This document shows positions 33,402 to 44,069 of a stretch of DNA of 64,000 nt, piece after piece. Origin of the DNA: Candidatus Multivoradales bacterium (GTDB lineage: Bacteria > Acidobacteriota > Thermoanaerobaculia > Multivoradales > JAHEKO01); the NCBI GenBank assembly GCA_965223155.1, contig CBDCVR010000015.1, positions 1,245,892 through 1,309,891 on the forward strand, written 5' to 3'. Below the pieces are notes generated by a model. The model worked only from the letters and a program-made list of their open reading frames with translations, ran no database searches and had not been told where the DNA came from. Both the position numbers and the translations under genes were made by a program. Numbering within the stretch: the stretch's first letter is position 1; every line of letters begins with the position of its first letter.

Positions 33402-35405
33402 CTACGGGCTCTGTCTTGGGCGCGTGTTGGCGATCAGAAACTGGCCGAGGCGGGAGTAGTACTCGATGCGTCTCGCCTCGTCGCGAAACGAGTGCGCCTC
33501 GTGCGGAATTAGCATGAGCTCGACCGGTGTTCCTTGCTTCTTGAGCGCTTTGGCGAGCTTGGTGGCGTGCGCCACGTGGACTCGCTCATCGTCCTCTCCA
33601 TGGGCGAGGAAGACCGGCGAGCGGATGAGACCAGCTCGCAACAGCGGAGAGGTTTGGTGAAGGCGCGCGCGATCCTTCGAGGTCTTACCGACGAGGGGCG
33701 CGTTCTGGTCCGAAAACATGTAGCCACGATCGTGCTTCAGCATCATCACGAGATCTGTCGGAGCGGCGTAGGCTCCAGCGCATCGAAACCGCTTGGGCGT
33801 CTTGACCAGACCCATGAGCGCCGCATAGCCACCGTAGCTCGCGCCGTAGATGCAGACGCGATCGGGATCGACGAGCCCGGCCTCCACCAGCCACTCCACG
33901 CTGTCGGTGAGATCGTCTTGCATGGCTAGGCCCCACTCCTGAAAGCCGGCCGCTAGGAACTCGGAGCCGTAACCGGTCGAACCTCGGAAATTGGGTTGGA
34001 GGACCACGAACCCCAGCGACGCGAAGTACTGGACGACGAGATCAAAGCTGCGGTAATCGCGCGCGCTGGGCCCGCCGTGCGGGTAGATGATGGCGGGTGG
34101 CTTCTGGTCGGCGGCTTCACCCTTCCCCCTGATCGGCTCCGTGAGATAGGCGGGAATCGTCAAGCCGTCGCGGCTTTCGATCACGACATGGCGCATCGGG
34201 GCGAGCTTCTTTGCGCGCAAGGTCGGGTACCTCGCGAACAGGAGCTCCATCTTCTTGGTCGTTCGGTTCAAGAGGAGGTACTCGGGAGCGCGGACGTCGC
34301 TATCGGATAGGACGATTGCGAGATCCCGGGCGGGCGTCTCGCTGACTACGCGGTTGAAGCGGCCGGGCAAAGCGTTGTCTAGGAGCTTCTGACGCCGTGC
34401 AGCTGCGGGATCCACGAAGTGCCGCTCCGGGCCGTCCGCGAGGAAACCGACGGCTTCGAGCACTCCCGTTTCGGACAGCTCGAGCCACGAAGGAACGTCC
34501 ACTCTCTCGTGAGCGAAGATCTCCCTGCCCAGACGCAGGTTCTCGAGATCGAATTCGTAGAGACGGCTGCGGTCGCCGTCACCCTCGGCCGACACCAAGA
34601 GAATCTCGGGCTTGGGACTGAAGCCCTCGAACGAGATGCCGCTCTCCCCCAGAGATTGGCTAGAGAGCTGCACGAACTGACCTTTGGGGTCCTTGCGGGC
34701 GAACGTCTTGAAGGCGCCGTGCTCGTACCCGTACCCCGCGCGGACGCGGCCCAAGTGATCTGAATACCAGCGGCTGACGCCGTCCATCGGTACCACGACT
34801 CGCTCGAGACCGCCGGTCGTGACGTTCAACTTGTAGACGCCCGGGTAGTACTCGGTGGGCTTTCGAATGGAGATCAGGATGTGACCTGGATCGTCGTCGA
34901 GAAAGTCCACGACGTCATCTTCATGCTGGAAATCACCGTGGCCGACCAGGATCAACTGCGCCCAGTTGCGAGCGAGATGCACATGGTTCGATCCGTCGGC
35001 GTCGATGCCGTAGAGGCGAGTCCGGCGCGGGCGGGGAGGCCGGACACCGGCCATGGGCTCCTCGACCCCAAAGAGCAGGCGATGCTCGCTAGCCCAGTGA
35101 ATCCAACTCAACCGGGCTTCCGGATCGGGAAGCTGCACAACGGGCCGGGGCTGGCCGTCGGGCAGCTCCCGCACCACGATCATCTCGCGACCCGCTTCGC
35201 GGAAGTAGACGGCGAGGCGCTTGCCGTCGGGAGAGAGCTCCGGCAGCGAGAACCGTGGGCTCCGGAAGAACGTCTGGGCCAAACGCTCGACTTCAGCGGG
35301 GTCGGGCGCGGCCACCGCGGGAGTTACGACCGCAAAGATTGGAGCGCCGAGAAGCCAACAGGTCAAGGCTGCCAGCCGGCGGCGCTTGTATCGTCCCCCG
35401 CCCAT
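33402..35405 (-). CDS. S9 family (prolyl oligopeptidase-like) serine peptidase
   Basis: PHGGP, NFRGSTGYG, nucleophile GASYGG, HGEDDERV and EAH; signal peptide; start inferred. Confidence 0.92.
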   Translation of the reverse strand: MGGGRYKRRRLAALTCWLLGAPIFAVVTPAVAAPDPAEVERLAQTFFRSPRFSLPELSPDGKRLAVYFREAGREMIVVRELPDGQPRPVVQLPDPEARLSWIHWASEHRLLFGVEEPMAGVRPPRPRRTRLYGIDADGSNHVHLARNWAQLILVGHGDFQHEDDVVDFLDDDPGHILISIRKPTEYYPGVYKLNVTTGGLERVVVPMDGVSRWYSDHLGRVRAGYGYEHGAFKTFARKDPKGQFVQLSSQSLGESGISFEGFSPKPEILLVSAEGDGDRSRLYEFDLENLRLGREIFAHERVDVPSWLELSETGVLEAVGFLADGPERHFVDPAAARRQKLLDNALPGRFNRVVSETPARDLAIVLSDSDVRAPEYLLLNRTTKKMELLFARYPTLRAKKLAPMRHVVIESRDGLTIPAYLTEPIRGKGEAADQKPPAIIYPHGGPSARDYRSFDLVVQYFASLGFVVLQPNFRGSTGYGSEFLAAGFQEWGLAMQDDLTDSVEWLVEAGLVDPDRVCIYGASYGGYAALMGLVKTPKRFRCAGAYAAPTDLVMMLKHDRGYMFSDQNAPLVGKTSKDRARLHQTSPLLRAGLIRSPVFLAHGEDDERVHVAHATKLAKALKKQGTPVELMLIPHEAHSFRDEARRIEYYSRLGQFLIANTRPRQSP

Positions 35406-35603
35406 CAAGCTCGAAGCGGAGGGTACCAGAGACGCCGTCTGACGGAATCGGAACGTGCGTACCCGTCGATCGGGGCCCGCCGGCGATTGCTCTAGTGCGG
35501 CGATCGCGCCTGAGAAGTGCCGCCTCGATCGAAGTTGGACAGCCCCTCCGGGACCCAACGGCGCCGGCAAGGCGACGGCGGTGCGGGCTCGTCCGGCACG
35601 CGG

Positions 35604-36221
35604 TCAGCTGCCGATCGAGGTGGCGCTCAGCCGGTCGGCCAGAGAGCGACCGTTCGTGGCCAGAAGGGCCAAGGGCAGGCCCAGCCCGAGGACCGTCAAT
35701 GCCGCGCCCAACCAGCGGCGCACGGCTTGGCCGATGGTCAAGCGCACTCCGCCGGCCGCTCGGGCGGTGAGCGCGAAGCGGGCCATGCCGGGGGTTCGTC
35801 CCCAGAAGGTGAGCGGCAGCACGAAGTAGACGAACGAGAACGCCGCCGCCAAGAGCGCGAAAGGCGCGAGGGCGCCGGCATCGAGGCGGGCGCCCAGAGC
35901 CAAAGTACCGAGGACCGCGGCGACAAGAACCCCCAGGTGAACGCCGGCGTCGAGAGCGCCGGCGCGGACTCGCCGGGCGCCGAGGCTGAGCGCTGCGGCC
36001 GCTTTGTCGTCCGGGGCCCCGAACGACTCCTCTCGGGCGGCCGAGTCGAGCGGCAGCCGAGTCTGGTCGGGCGTCGCGTCGAGTGCGGTTTCAGGCTCGG
36101 TTCCGGCAGCGGTTTCGGTGGGCGGGGAGGCCGCCGCCGGTTCGGCCGGCACGGAGCGATCCGGCCGCTCGAGCGGCAGATCGAACAATATCTCCGAGGG
36201 CTCGGAGGCTGGGCGTCTCAT
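35604..36221 (-). CDS. RDD family membrane protein
   Basis: RRVRAGALD, WGRTPGM and SLADRLSAT; TAATG coupling with the upstream gene. Confidence 0.8.
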   Translation of the reverse strand: MRRPASEPSEILFDLPLERPDRSVPAEPAAASPPTETAAGTEPETALDATPDQTRLPLDSAAREESFGAPDDKAAAALSLGARRVRAGALDAGVHLGVLVAAVLGTLALGARLDAGALAPFALLAAAFSFVYFVLPLTFWGRTPGMARFALTARAAGGVRLTIGQAVRRWLGAALTVLGLGLPLALLATNGRSLADRLSATSIGS

Positions 36222-38110
36222 TAGCGGAACGGAAGGTACTTGACGAAGATCCGGTAGAGCAGATCTTGCGGCCTCGCGCCGTAGATCGTGGCGAAGCGGA
36301 TGAGGCGCTGAAGCTCCGGATCCGCTCCCGCCAGCTCGGCCGCTTCGTTGAGGTTCGCAAGCGCCGATTCGATGTCGCCCCGCTGGAGGTCGCGCACCGC
36401 CAGGTTGTAGTAGGAGTCGATCATCAGGCGCTGGACGTCGGGCGTGCGGTTGCCGTCCTCCCACATGCGCCACAGACTCCGCAGAGCCACCTGCCATTCG
36501 GATTGTTCGAACATCTCGAGCTCGGTGCGAATCGGGTCGAGCTGCTCGCGAACGGCTTCGGCCAGCGCGTCGGCGTCGGCGTCCAGGGGAGCTTTCTCGG
36601 CGGCTTGGTGGAGGCGATTGCGGCTGAGTAGGTACTCGCCGTTCTCAAAGGCCGACTGGGCTTCGGCGACGAGATCATCACGGGCGGCCAGAAGCTCCGG
36701 GTCGGGCCCTTCCTCCTCGGTGCTGGGAGTGTCGAGAGCGGCTTCCCACTGAGCCAGCAACGCCTGCGCCTCGGCGTACTGCGGATGGCTCGAGGGCATC
36801 CGGCGGAGCTGCGCGATAGCAATCGCCGCTCCGGCTTCGGCGTAGGTCTTCTTGGCTCGCTCGATGGGATCCAGCACTGCCGTCGGCGTTGCCGCGTCGG
36901 TGGCGTTGGGGAAGAAGTTGTTCCAATTCTGGAAGAGGTACCAACCGGCGAGAGCCAGAACCAAGAGACCGACGATGCCGAGGGTCAGGAACTTCCGATT
37001 CGGCGGCGGCTTGGTGTCCGCCTTGCCCACGCCTCCCATCGCCCGCGGGCGCGGCGCGCGCGGCTCCACCGCGGGCATCTCGCCCGGGGCGCCCTCGAAG
37101 TCGTCCACTGGGAAGAAGTCGCCCTCTCCCGGCGCTTCGCCGGGAGAAGCGATTTCCTCAGGCGGTGGCGGCGCCTCGGCCTCGCCGGCCGCTTCCGCTT
37201 CCGAAAGCGCGGGTGCCGCCTCGGCGGCTTCTTCCGGCCTGAAGTCGGGAGCGTTCAGCCGGTCGAGGTACTCCTGGGCGGCCATGTGCCCCGGCAGCAT
37301 CTGGAGGACCTTCTGGAATCCGGCTCGGGCTTCGTCCAGCTCTCCTGTCTCGACGTTGCGGACCGCGGCGTGGAAGGCCTCGTCCACCTTGCGCTCGACC
37401 TCGGCCTTGAGTTTCCGGGCGAGCTCGATTCGCCGGTTGGCCTCGGCGTGATCGATGTCGATCAAGAAGATTCGGGACCAGGAATCGATCGCGGTCTGGA
37501 ATTCGGACCGGTCGAACGCCTGCTGGCCTTCGTCCAGAAGTTCGGCGATGCGAGACTCGTTCTCGGAGTCGAGGGCGGCTACCGGCTCGCCGTCGGCCCC
37601 GATCGAGTCGGTCGCCGGCTCGTCGCCGATCGGGGCCAGCGACTCCGTGCCGCCGTCGTCCTCCAGGGTGTCGAGGGCGCTCAGGTCGAGAGCGTCGGCC
37701 AGCGCGTCGTCCTCTTCAGGCTGACCGACCGGCTGAGCGAAAGAACCGGGCTCCTCGTCGGCTTCGGCCGCCTGGGCCGGTGCGGCGAACGGCTCGCCGG
37801 AGGCCGTCTCCGGAGCGCTCTCACCCGCTTCCTTTGGGGAGTCCGCGGTGCTCGGGGCTTCGGCTGGCGCCGGAGCGCCTCCGACCAGCTCCAGGAGGTC
37901 TGAGACGTCGGCCGTCTCCGCACCGCCCGCCAGCCGTTGCTGGAGAATGCGGGCGGGCTCGAACTGCGGATCGAGGCGCAGGACGAACTCGCACCCCAGC
38001 TCAGCCTCGCGCGGGTTACCCTGAGCGACCAGATCGAGGGTCTGGCGGAAGGTATTGAGGATGCGTTCCCGAATCTCTTCGGAGAGCGCTTCGTTGCCGG
38101 GATAGGACAT
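36221..38110 (-). CDS. TPR-containing membrane-anchored protein
   Basis: Several TPR-like helical pairs, acidic linkers, one TM segment. Confidence 0.8.
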   Translation of the reverse strand: MSYPGNEALSEEIRERILNTFRQTLDLVAQGNPREAELGCEFVLRLDPQFEPARILQQRLAGGAETADVSDLLELVGGAPAPAEAPSTADSPKEAGESAPETASGEPFAAPAQAAEADEEPGSFAQPVGQPEEDDALADALDLSALDTLEDDGGTESLAPIGDEPATDSIGADGEPVAALDSENESRIAELLDEGQQAFDRSEFQTAIDSWSRIFLIDIDHAEANRRIELARKLKAEVERKVDEAFHAAVRNVETGELDEARAGFQKVLQMLPGHMAAQEYLDRLNAPDFRPEEAAEAAPALSEAEAAGEAEAPPPPEEIASPGEAPGEGDFFPVDDFEGAPGEMPAVEPRAPRPRAMGGVGKADTKPPPNRKFLTLGIVGLLVLALAGWYLFQNWNNFFPNATDAATPTAVLDPIERAKKTYAEAGAAIAIAQLRRMPSSHPQYAEAQALLAQWEAALDTPSTEEEGPDPELLAARDDLVAEAQSAFENGEYLLSRNRLHQAAEKAPLDADADALAEAVREQLDPIRTELEMFEQSEWQVALRSLWRMWEDGNRTPDVQRLMIDSYYNLAVRDLQRGDIESALANLNEAAELAGADPELQRLIRFATIYGARPQDLLYRIFVKYLPFR

Positions 38111-38413
38111 TGTGGGGGAGGGCCCAGAGACGGCGTCGGAAGCCGGCACAGAGCCGGCCGAAGGCCAGAAAGAGCCCGGCGAATACTAGCAAACCGCCCG
38201 GAAATCCTGAAACCGGAGGCGGTTACCGGGATCGTGAGCGGCTAACGGCGGCTCCAAGGAGGACTCGGCCGGGAACGGCAAGAATTTGACAGCGGTGGTC
38301 GATCCCTCGGGCTCTGTCCGGTCGGGCCCGGCCGGAGCCCGGGGGCCGGCGTCGAAGCCAACGTGCGGGTGGGCCTCTGGCCGTGCGCGGGCCGGCCGGG
38401 CCAGAATACGGCC

Positions 38414-39409
38414 ATGGCTGTCTTGGAATGCGTCGTCAACGTCAGCGAGGGCCGGGATCCCGGCCTTCTCGACGAGCTGGCCCAGGCGGCCGCTTCCGGA
38501 GCCGGCGCCGTGCTTCTGGACCGTTCGTCCGACCCCGACCACCACCGTTCGGTCTTCACGTTGGCGGGCGCCGCCTCGGGCCTCGAGGACTCAGTCCTTC
38601 GCCTGGCGGAGCTAGCGCTCGGCCGGATCGACCTTGTCGGGCACCGGGGCATCCATCCTCGCGTCGGCGCCCTCGACGTCGTTCCGTACGTGCCGCTCGC
38701 GGGCGCCACCATGGCTGATGCCGCCGTCGCCGCCGAGCGCACCGGAGCGAGGCTTTGGCGCGAGCTCGGGATTCCGGTCTTCCTGTACGAGGCCGCGGCC
38801 GGCGCCGGCCGGGTGCGCGCGCTGCCCGAGATTCGCCGGGGCGGGCTCTCCGGGCTGACCGAGCGCATGGAGGCCGGTGACGCCCGCTGGCAGCCGGACT
38901 TCGGCGGCAGCCGTCCCCACGAGCGCGCCGGTGTCTCGGTGGTCGGCGCCCGGCCCATCCTGATCGCCTTCAATGTGGTGCTCGACTCGGACGATCTGCG
39001 CCTCGCCCGTTCGATCGCCCGCCGGATCCGCGAAGCCAACGGCGGACTCGACCGCGTGCGGGCATTGGGCGTGCCGCTCGCCGGGCGGGGCAGGGTCCAA
39101 GTCAGCATGAATCTCCTGGACTACCGGCGAACCTCGCCCGCCCAGGCTTTCGGGGCGGTGGCCAAGCTGGCCGCGCTCGGCGCCGCCGAGGTCCTGGAGA
39201 GCGAGATCGTGGGGCTCTTGCCAGAGGCGGCGCTGTCTGGGGTGGAACCGGCCACGATCGGCCTCGAAGCCTTCGATCGTGGCTCGATCCTGGAGGTCGC
39301 GCTGGCCGCGGCCGGTCTGCCTGCCGAGATCGAGGACGAAACCGAGGACGAAACCGAGGACGAAACCGAGGACGAAACGGGGTCGCCGGGCTCCAGCACG
39401 GGTCCCTAG
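38414..39409 (+). CDS. ftcD: Glutamate formimidoyltransferase
   Basis: ECVVNVSEGRD, DPDHHRSV, HPRVGALDVVP, GARPILIAFN and QVSMNL. Confidence 0.9.
   Translation: MAVLECVVNVSEGRDPGLLDELAQAAASGAGAVLLDRSSDPDHHRSVFTLAGAASGLEDSVLRLAELALGRIDLVGHRGIHPRVGALDVVPYVPLAGATMADAAVAAERTGARLWRELGIPVFLYEAAAGAGRVRALPEIRRGGLSGLTERMEAGDARWQPDFGGSRPHERAGVSVVGARPILIAFNVVLDSDDLRLARSIARRIREANGGLDRVRALGVPLAGRGRVQVSMNLLDYRRTSPAQAFGAVAKLAALGAAEVLESEIVGLLPEAALSGVEPATIGLEAFDRGSILEVALAAAGLPAEIEDETEDETEDETEDETGSPGSSTGP
39331..39378 (+). repeat. 4 x 12-bp in-frame repeat (cgaggacgaaac; EDET)
   Basis: Exact tandem copies at the ftcD 3' end. Confidence 0.9.
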
Positions 39410-39443
39410 CCGAACCCTGGTGACCTATGCAGGCTAGCCGCCG

Positions 39444-40886
39444 CTAGCTGCCGAGGGTGCCGGCCCCGGCCTCCGCCAGCGCTTCGGCTACCCGCTGAGC
39501 CAGACCGTCGAAACTGCCTGAAGACATGGTCACGAAGACATCGCCGGGGTCGAGCGAACCGACCGCGTCGGCGCCGAGGGCGGCGATCGTTTCGTAGGCG
39601 CCGGTCTCCGTGCCTCGGGCCGTGAGTCGCTCGGCAAGTCGCTCGGTGTCCAGCCGGTCCGACGGCTCCAGGCGGTCGGCGTGGAAGACCGGCGCCAGAA
39701 AGACGCGGTCGGCCCGGCCGAGAGCGTCTAAGTAGTCGTCGAAGAACTCCGCCCGAGCCGCGGTGAGCGAGCGCGGCTCGAGAGCGACGCACAGACGGCG
39801 GCCCGGATAGGCCGCCGCCAGGGCGTCGAGGGTCGCGGCCACCGCGGTCGGGTGGTGCGCGAAGTCGTCGATCACGGTCACGCCGCCGGGCTCGGCCACG
39901 ACCTCCTGGCGGCGCTTGACTCCGGCGAACCGCCCGAGTGCCCGGGCGATGTCCTCGGCCGGGATGCCGTCGTTGTGGGCGGCGGCGATGACCGCCAGGG
40001 CGTTGGTCAGATTGTGCCGCCCCGGCGCCGGCAGCTCGAATCGCGTCGGCTGCCCGGACCCGAGCGCCACCGAGAGGACCGAGCCCGCGGGACCGACCGA
40101 CCAGCCCGGCTCGGGCGCGACGTCGTTGGCCGGGTCGAGCCCGTAGAAGAGGGTTCGGGCTCGAGCCCCTCGGGTCGCCGCCCGGACCTCGGCGTGGTCG
40201 CCACAGGCGAGCACCAGGCCGTCCGCTGGCACCCGTTCCACCAGCTCGCGGTAGACCGCGTCAAGCTTCTCAGCCGATGGATAGAGATCGGCGTGATCGT
40301 ATTCGACGCTCGTCAAGATCAAAGTCTCGGCGCCGTAGTGGAAGAACTTGGGGCCGCGGTCGAAATAGGCCGCGTTGTACTCGTCGCCTTCCAGGATGAA
40401 GCGCTCGCCCGTGCCCAGGGCGAAGCTCTGGGTCAAGTTCTTGGGAATCCCGCCGACCAGAAAGCCCGGATCCCGGCCGCAGTCGGTGTAGACCCAGGCC
40501 GCGAGCGAAGTGGTCGTGGTCTTGCCGTGGGTGCCGGCGATGACCAGCGGGCGCCGGTCGGCGAGAAAGAAACGCGCCAGGGCCTGGGGCATCGAGATGC
40601 GCTCGATGTCCGAGGCCTCGAGTGCCTCGGCCTCCGGATTGGTGCGCGGCACGGCGTTGCCGACGATGACGAGATCCGGAGGCGGCTCCAGATGGGCCGG
40701 ATCGAAGCCCACCAGCGGCTGGATGCCGGCGGCCTCGAGCAGCGTGCTCATGGGCGGGTAGAGAGGACCGTCCGAGCCCCGCACCCGGTAGCCGAGCTGC
40801 TGGAGCAGGCACGCCAGCGGGGCCATGCCCGTGCCCCCGATCGCGATCATGTAGAGGTCGCGCGGCGGCTTGGGATCGTAGTCCAA
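39444..40886 (-). CDS. mpl: Murein peptide ligase Mpl (MurC-like)
   Basis: IGGTGM, YPPMST, GTHGKTTT, EGDEY, DHAD, DDFAHHPT and EPRS. Confidence 0.88.
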   Translation of the reverse strand: MDYDPKPPRDLYMIAIGGTGMAPLACLLQQLGYRVRGSDGPLYPPMSTLLEAAGIQPLVGFDPAHLEPPPDLVIVGNAVPRTNPEAEALEASDIERISMPQALARFFLADRRPLVIAGTHGKTTTTSLAAWVYTDCGRDPGFLVGGIPKNLTQSFALGTGERFILEGDEYNAAYFDRGPKFFHYGAETLILTSVEYDHADLYPSAEKLDAVYRELVERVPADGLVLACGDHAEVRAATRGARARTLFYGLDPANDVAPEPGWSVGPAGSVLSVALGSGQPTRFELPAPGRHNLTNALAVIAAAHNDGIPAEDIARALGRFAGVKRRQEVVAEPGGVTVIDDFAHHPTAVAATLDALAAAYPGRRLCVALEPRSLTAARAEFFDDYLDALGRADRVFLAPVFHADRLEPSDRLDTERLAERLTARGTETGAYETIAALGADAVGSLDPGDVFVTMSSGSFDGLAQRVAEALAEAGAGTLGS

Positions 40887-40968
40887 AGAGGTCTCGTCGT
40901 CTGCGGTTGCGCGGGCGGGTGGACGAAACGAGGCGGCAATATATCATTGGCCGCCGGAGGAATATCCC

Positions 40969-41969
40969 GTGTACCGTACGTCCCAGATCGTTTCCGCCAC
41001 CCGGTTGATCGTGCTTTCCACCGCCTTGGCCTTGAGCGCGGTCCCGGCTCTCATCGCTGCTCCGCAAGCGGTCGTCCCCGAGACCGTCGTGGACGTCGGC
41101 AAGGTCGCCAAGGGCGAGGCCATCCGCCGGACCTTCACCGTCGAAAACCAGGCGACGCGGTCCTGACCGTGCGCGACGTCAAGTCCTCTTGCGGCTGCGC
41201 GGTCGCCAAGTTCGACAAGACCATCGCCCCCGGCGAGCGCGGCACCATCGAAGCCGTGGTCTCGACCGAGAACTTCACCGGGCCGATCGCCAAGGCGGTC
41301 ACGGTCTACACCAGCGACGCTTCGAATCCCCAGTTCAACCTGGTGATCAAGGCCCACGTGCAGCCTCTGATCGAGATCACCCCCGGCTACGCCCGCTTCG
41401 TGGTGGTCGAGGGATCGGGCCGTGAGTCGAGCAAGCAGACGCTCTGGACCCCCGAAGGCCCGGCGCTCGACGTCCGCTCGGTGCGCTCGCCCTATCCCTT
41501 CCTGCGCGTCGAGTCGAAGCGTGCCGGCGAGGCGGGCCGTTGGGAGATCGAGCTGGTTCTGGACAAGGACGCCGCCGCCGTCGGACCGATGGCTGACTTC
41601 GTCGAGGTCGAAACCAACCATCCCAAGCAGCGGGTGCTGAAGATCCCGGTCTCGGGCTACGTCCGCCCCGAGGTCTCGGTGATCCCGCCCATCGCCGACC
41701 TTGGCGGCCACAAGCTGGACGAACCCTTCGTCGCGACCTTCGAAGTGCGCAACCACACCGCGGGCTCGATCACCGTCGACTCGGCTTCGACCAACGTCGC
41801 CGGCGCGAGCACCAGCGTCGAGGAGTTGCAGTCGGGCAAGGCCTACAAGGTCACCCTGGTCCTCGAGCCCGGCATGCCGGCGGGCGCCTTCGACGGCACC
41901 ATCCGCATCTCGACCTCCAGCCGGCGCAGGCCGGTGGTCGAGGTCCCGATTCGCGGCACCGTTCTCTAG
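40969..41969 (+). pseudogene. DUF1573-type secreted Ig-like protein split by a single-base frameshift
   Basis: Signal peptide and FTVENQ in one frame; GDAVLTVRDVKSSCGC continues in another; adding one G at 41151-41152 restores ENQGDAVL. Confidence 0.75.
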
Positions 41970-42003
41970 GGCCGGCTGCGGTCGGCTGAGCTGGCGGAGT
42001 CGA

Positions 42004-42046
42004 TCAGAGCCAGGTCAGAGCCAGGTCAGAGCCAGTCAGAGCCAGG
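42004..42046. repeat. Four 10-11 bp tandem repeats (tcagagccagg)
   Basis: Direct reading, in the convergent intergenic gap after rph. Confidence 0.85.
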
Positions 42047-42051
42047 CGGCG

Positions 42052-42876
42052 CTACGGCCGGCCCCAGAGCTCTTTTTCGTCCTTGGGCGGCGCCGGTTTG
42101 CGCGAGCCCTTGGCGGCCAGCGCTTCGATCGGCGCCAGCACCGGTGCCAGCGCCGCGCGCTGGTGCTCGAAGAGCTGGCCGATGCCGGCGAAGGCCAGAT
42201 CCAGCAGACGATCCAGCTCGGCCCGCGAGAAGGTCTCGCCCTCGGCCGTTCCCTGAATCTCGACCAGGCGCTCGCCCCCCAGGCACACGACGTTGCAATC
42301 AACGTCGGCTTGCTGATCCTCGGAGGCGTCGAGATCCAGAAGCGGCGCGCCGTCCACGATGCCGACCGAAGTGGCCGCGAGCTCGTCCCGGACCGGCCAG
42401 CGCTTGAGGTCGCCCTGAAGGTGGGCCTTTGCCAGAGCATCGACCGCCGCCACGTAGGCGCCGGTGATCGAAGCCGTGCGGGTGCCGCCGTCGGCCTGGA
42501 TGACGTCGCAGTCCACGATCAAGGTGTGGCCCGCCATCGCCTCGAGATCGAAGGCCGCGCGCAGGCTGCGGCCGATCAGGCGCTGGATCTCGGCGCTTCT
42601 GCCTCCCTGACGTCCGCGTTTGACCTCCCGCACCGTGCGGGACGACGTCGCCCGCGGCAGCATGGCGTACTCGGCGGTCAGCCAACCCTTGCCCGAGCCT
42701 TCGAGCCAGGGCGGAACGCGCGACTCGACCGTCGCCGCCACCAGCACCTTGGTCTCGCCGGTGGCGACCAGGGCCGAGCCGTCGGCGAACTTCATCGCGC
42801 CCAGCTCGATTGACACCGGCCGCAACTCATCGGCGGCTCGGCCATCGGCGCGGGCGATGGCTCGTGTCTCGGTCAT
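42052..42876 (-). CDS. rph: Ribonuclease PH
   Basis: GWLTAEYAMLPRAT, EIQRLIGRSLRA, QADGGTRTASITGA and EIQGTAEG. Confidence 0.96.
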   Translation of the reverse strand: MTETRAIARADGRAADELRPVSIELGAMKFADGSALVATGETKVLVAATVESRVPPWLEGSGKGWLTAEYAMLPRATSSRTVREVKRGRQGGRSAEIQRLIGRSLRAAFDLEAMAGHTLIVDCDVIQADGGTRTASITGAYVAAVDALAKAHLQGDLKRWPVRDELAATSVGIVDGAPLLDLDASEDQQADVDCNVVCLGGERLVEIQGTAEGETFSRAELDRLLDLAFAGIGQLFEHQRAALAPVLAPIEALAAKGSRKPAPPKDEKELWGRP

Positions 42877-42915
42877 CGGCGCATTCTACTGGGCGAGGCT
42901 CGGAGCAAACAGGTC

Positions 42916-43131
42916 TTGCTGGGAACCTACGCTAGACTAGCCTTTGTGCCTTGTTTGATCGGTCTGTTCCTTGTAGTTTTGATCTTCGCGGCGATATGGC
43001 TTATCGCCCAAGGTGTTGCGGACAGGAGCCCAGGCAAGATTGCGACGGGAGCGGCAATTGGCGCTGGTTCAGCCTATGGGCTCAAGAAGCTCTCCGATCA
43101 GAAGAAGCAGAAGAAGCGTTTGAAGGAGTGA
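42916..43131 (+). CDS. Small hypothetical membrane protein
   Basis: Hydrophobic N-half, glycine-zipper-like GAAIGAG, Lys-rich tail; visibly more A/T-rich than neighbours. Confidence 0.45.
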   Translation: MLGTYARLAFVPCLIGLFLVVLIFAAIWLIAQGVADRSPGKIATGAAIGAGSAYGLKKLSDQKKQKKRLKE

Positions 43132-43165
43132 CTCGGTGGCAGGCTGGACGTTGCCAGCTTTTGCC

Positions 43166-44050
43166 TCAGAGATCGACGTGCTCGAGCCGCACCGCGCCCG
43201 GTCCCAGAATGCGCTCGGCCAGGACGCCGAAGCGGGCGGCCGAGTCGGTGACGCAGAACCGATCGGACGAACGCTCGCCAGCCGGTGGCGCCTCGGCCGT
43301 CTTGGCCCCCAGGGCCCGCGCCACGGTCTCGGCGGTAACCTCGGCCGAATCGACCAGAGCGATGCCATCGCCCAGGATGCCGGTCAGGATCGGAGCCAGG
43401 AGTGGATAGTGCGTGCAGCCCAGGACCACCGTGTCGACCCCCGCTTCGAGCAAGGGCTCGAGATAGCGCCGGGCGACGGTCTCGGTGACCGGGTCGTCCA
43501 GCCATCCCTCCTCGACCAGGGGCACGAAGAGAGGACAGGCTCGGCTCGTGACCTCGAGCTCGGGCCGCAGCCGTTCGAGCGCTAGGCGGTACGCGTCCGA
43601 AAGGATCGTCGCCTCGGTACCCAGGATGCCGACTTTGGCTCGGGCCACCTCGGCGGCCCGCCGGGCGCCGGGCTCGACCACACCCCAGAGCGGGAGGGCG
43701 GACTCTACGTGGGGCAGGGCCAGCGCCGAGGCGGTGTTACAAGCGACCACGACGGCGCTGACTCCCTGCCGTTCCAGAAAGTCTACATTACGGAGCGAGT
43801 AGCGCCTCACCGTGTCGGCCGACTTGGTGCCGTACGGCAACCGCGCGGTGTCGCCCAGAAAAACGATCGGCGTTGCCGGCAGCCTGCGGCGGAGCGCCGC
43901 GACCACGGTCAGACCGCCAACGCCCGAGTCGAAGACCCCGATCGGTCGCTCCGGGTCGAGGTTGGAAGCGGCGCCCGGGCCGGTCGCAGAATCGACCGCC
44001 GAATCGATCTCCGAATCGGCAGGTCGGTCGCTGGCTCTGGACTCAGACAC
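43166..44050 (-). CDS. murI: Glutamate racemase
   Basis: FDSGVGGLTV, PYGTKS, ACNTA and LGCTHYP; start inferred. Confidence 0.95.
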   Translation of the reverse strand: MSESRASDRPADSEIDSAVDSATGPGAASNLDPERPIGVFDSGVGGLTVVAALRRRLPATPIVFLGDTARLPYGTKSADTVRRYSLRNVDFLERQGVSAVVVACNTASALALPHVESALPLWGVVEPGARRAAEVARAKVGILGTEATILSDAYRLALERLRPELEVTSRACPLFVPLVEEGWLDDPVTETVARRYLEPLLEAGVDTVVLGCTHYPLLAPILTGILGDGIALVDSAEVTAETVARALGAKTAEAPPAGERSSDRFCVTDSAARFGVLAERILGPGAVRLEHVDL

Positions 44051-44069
44051 CCCGGTCTCCGCGGCCGGC

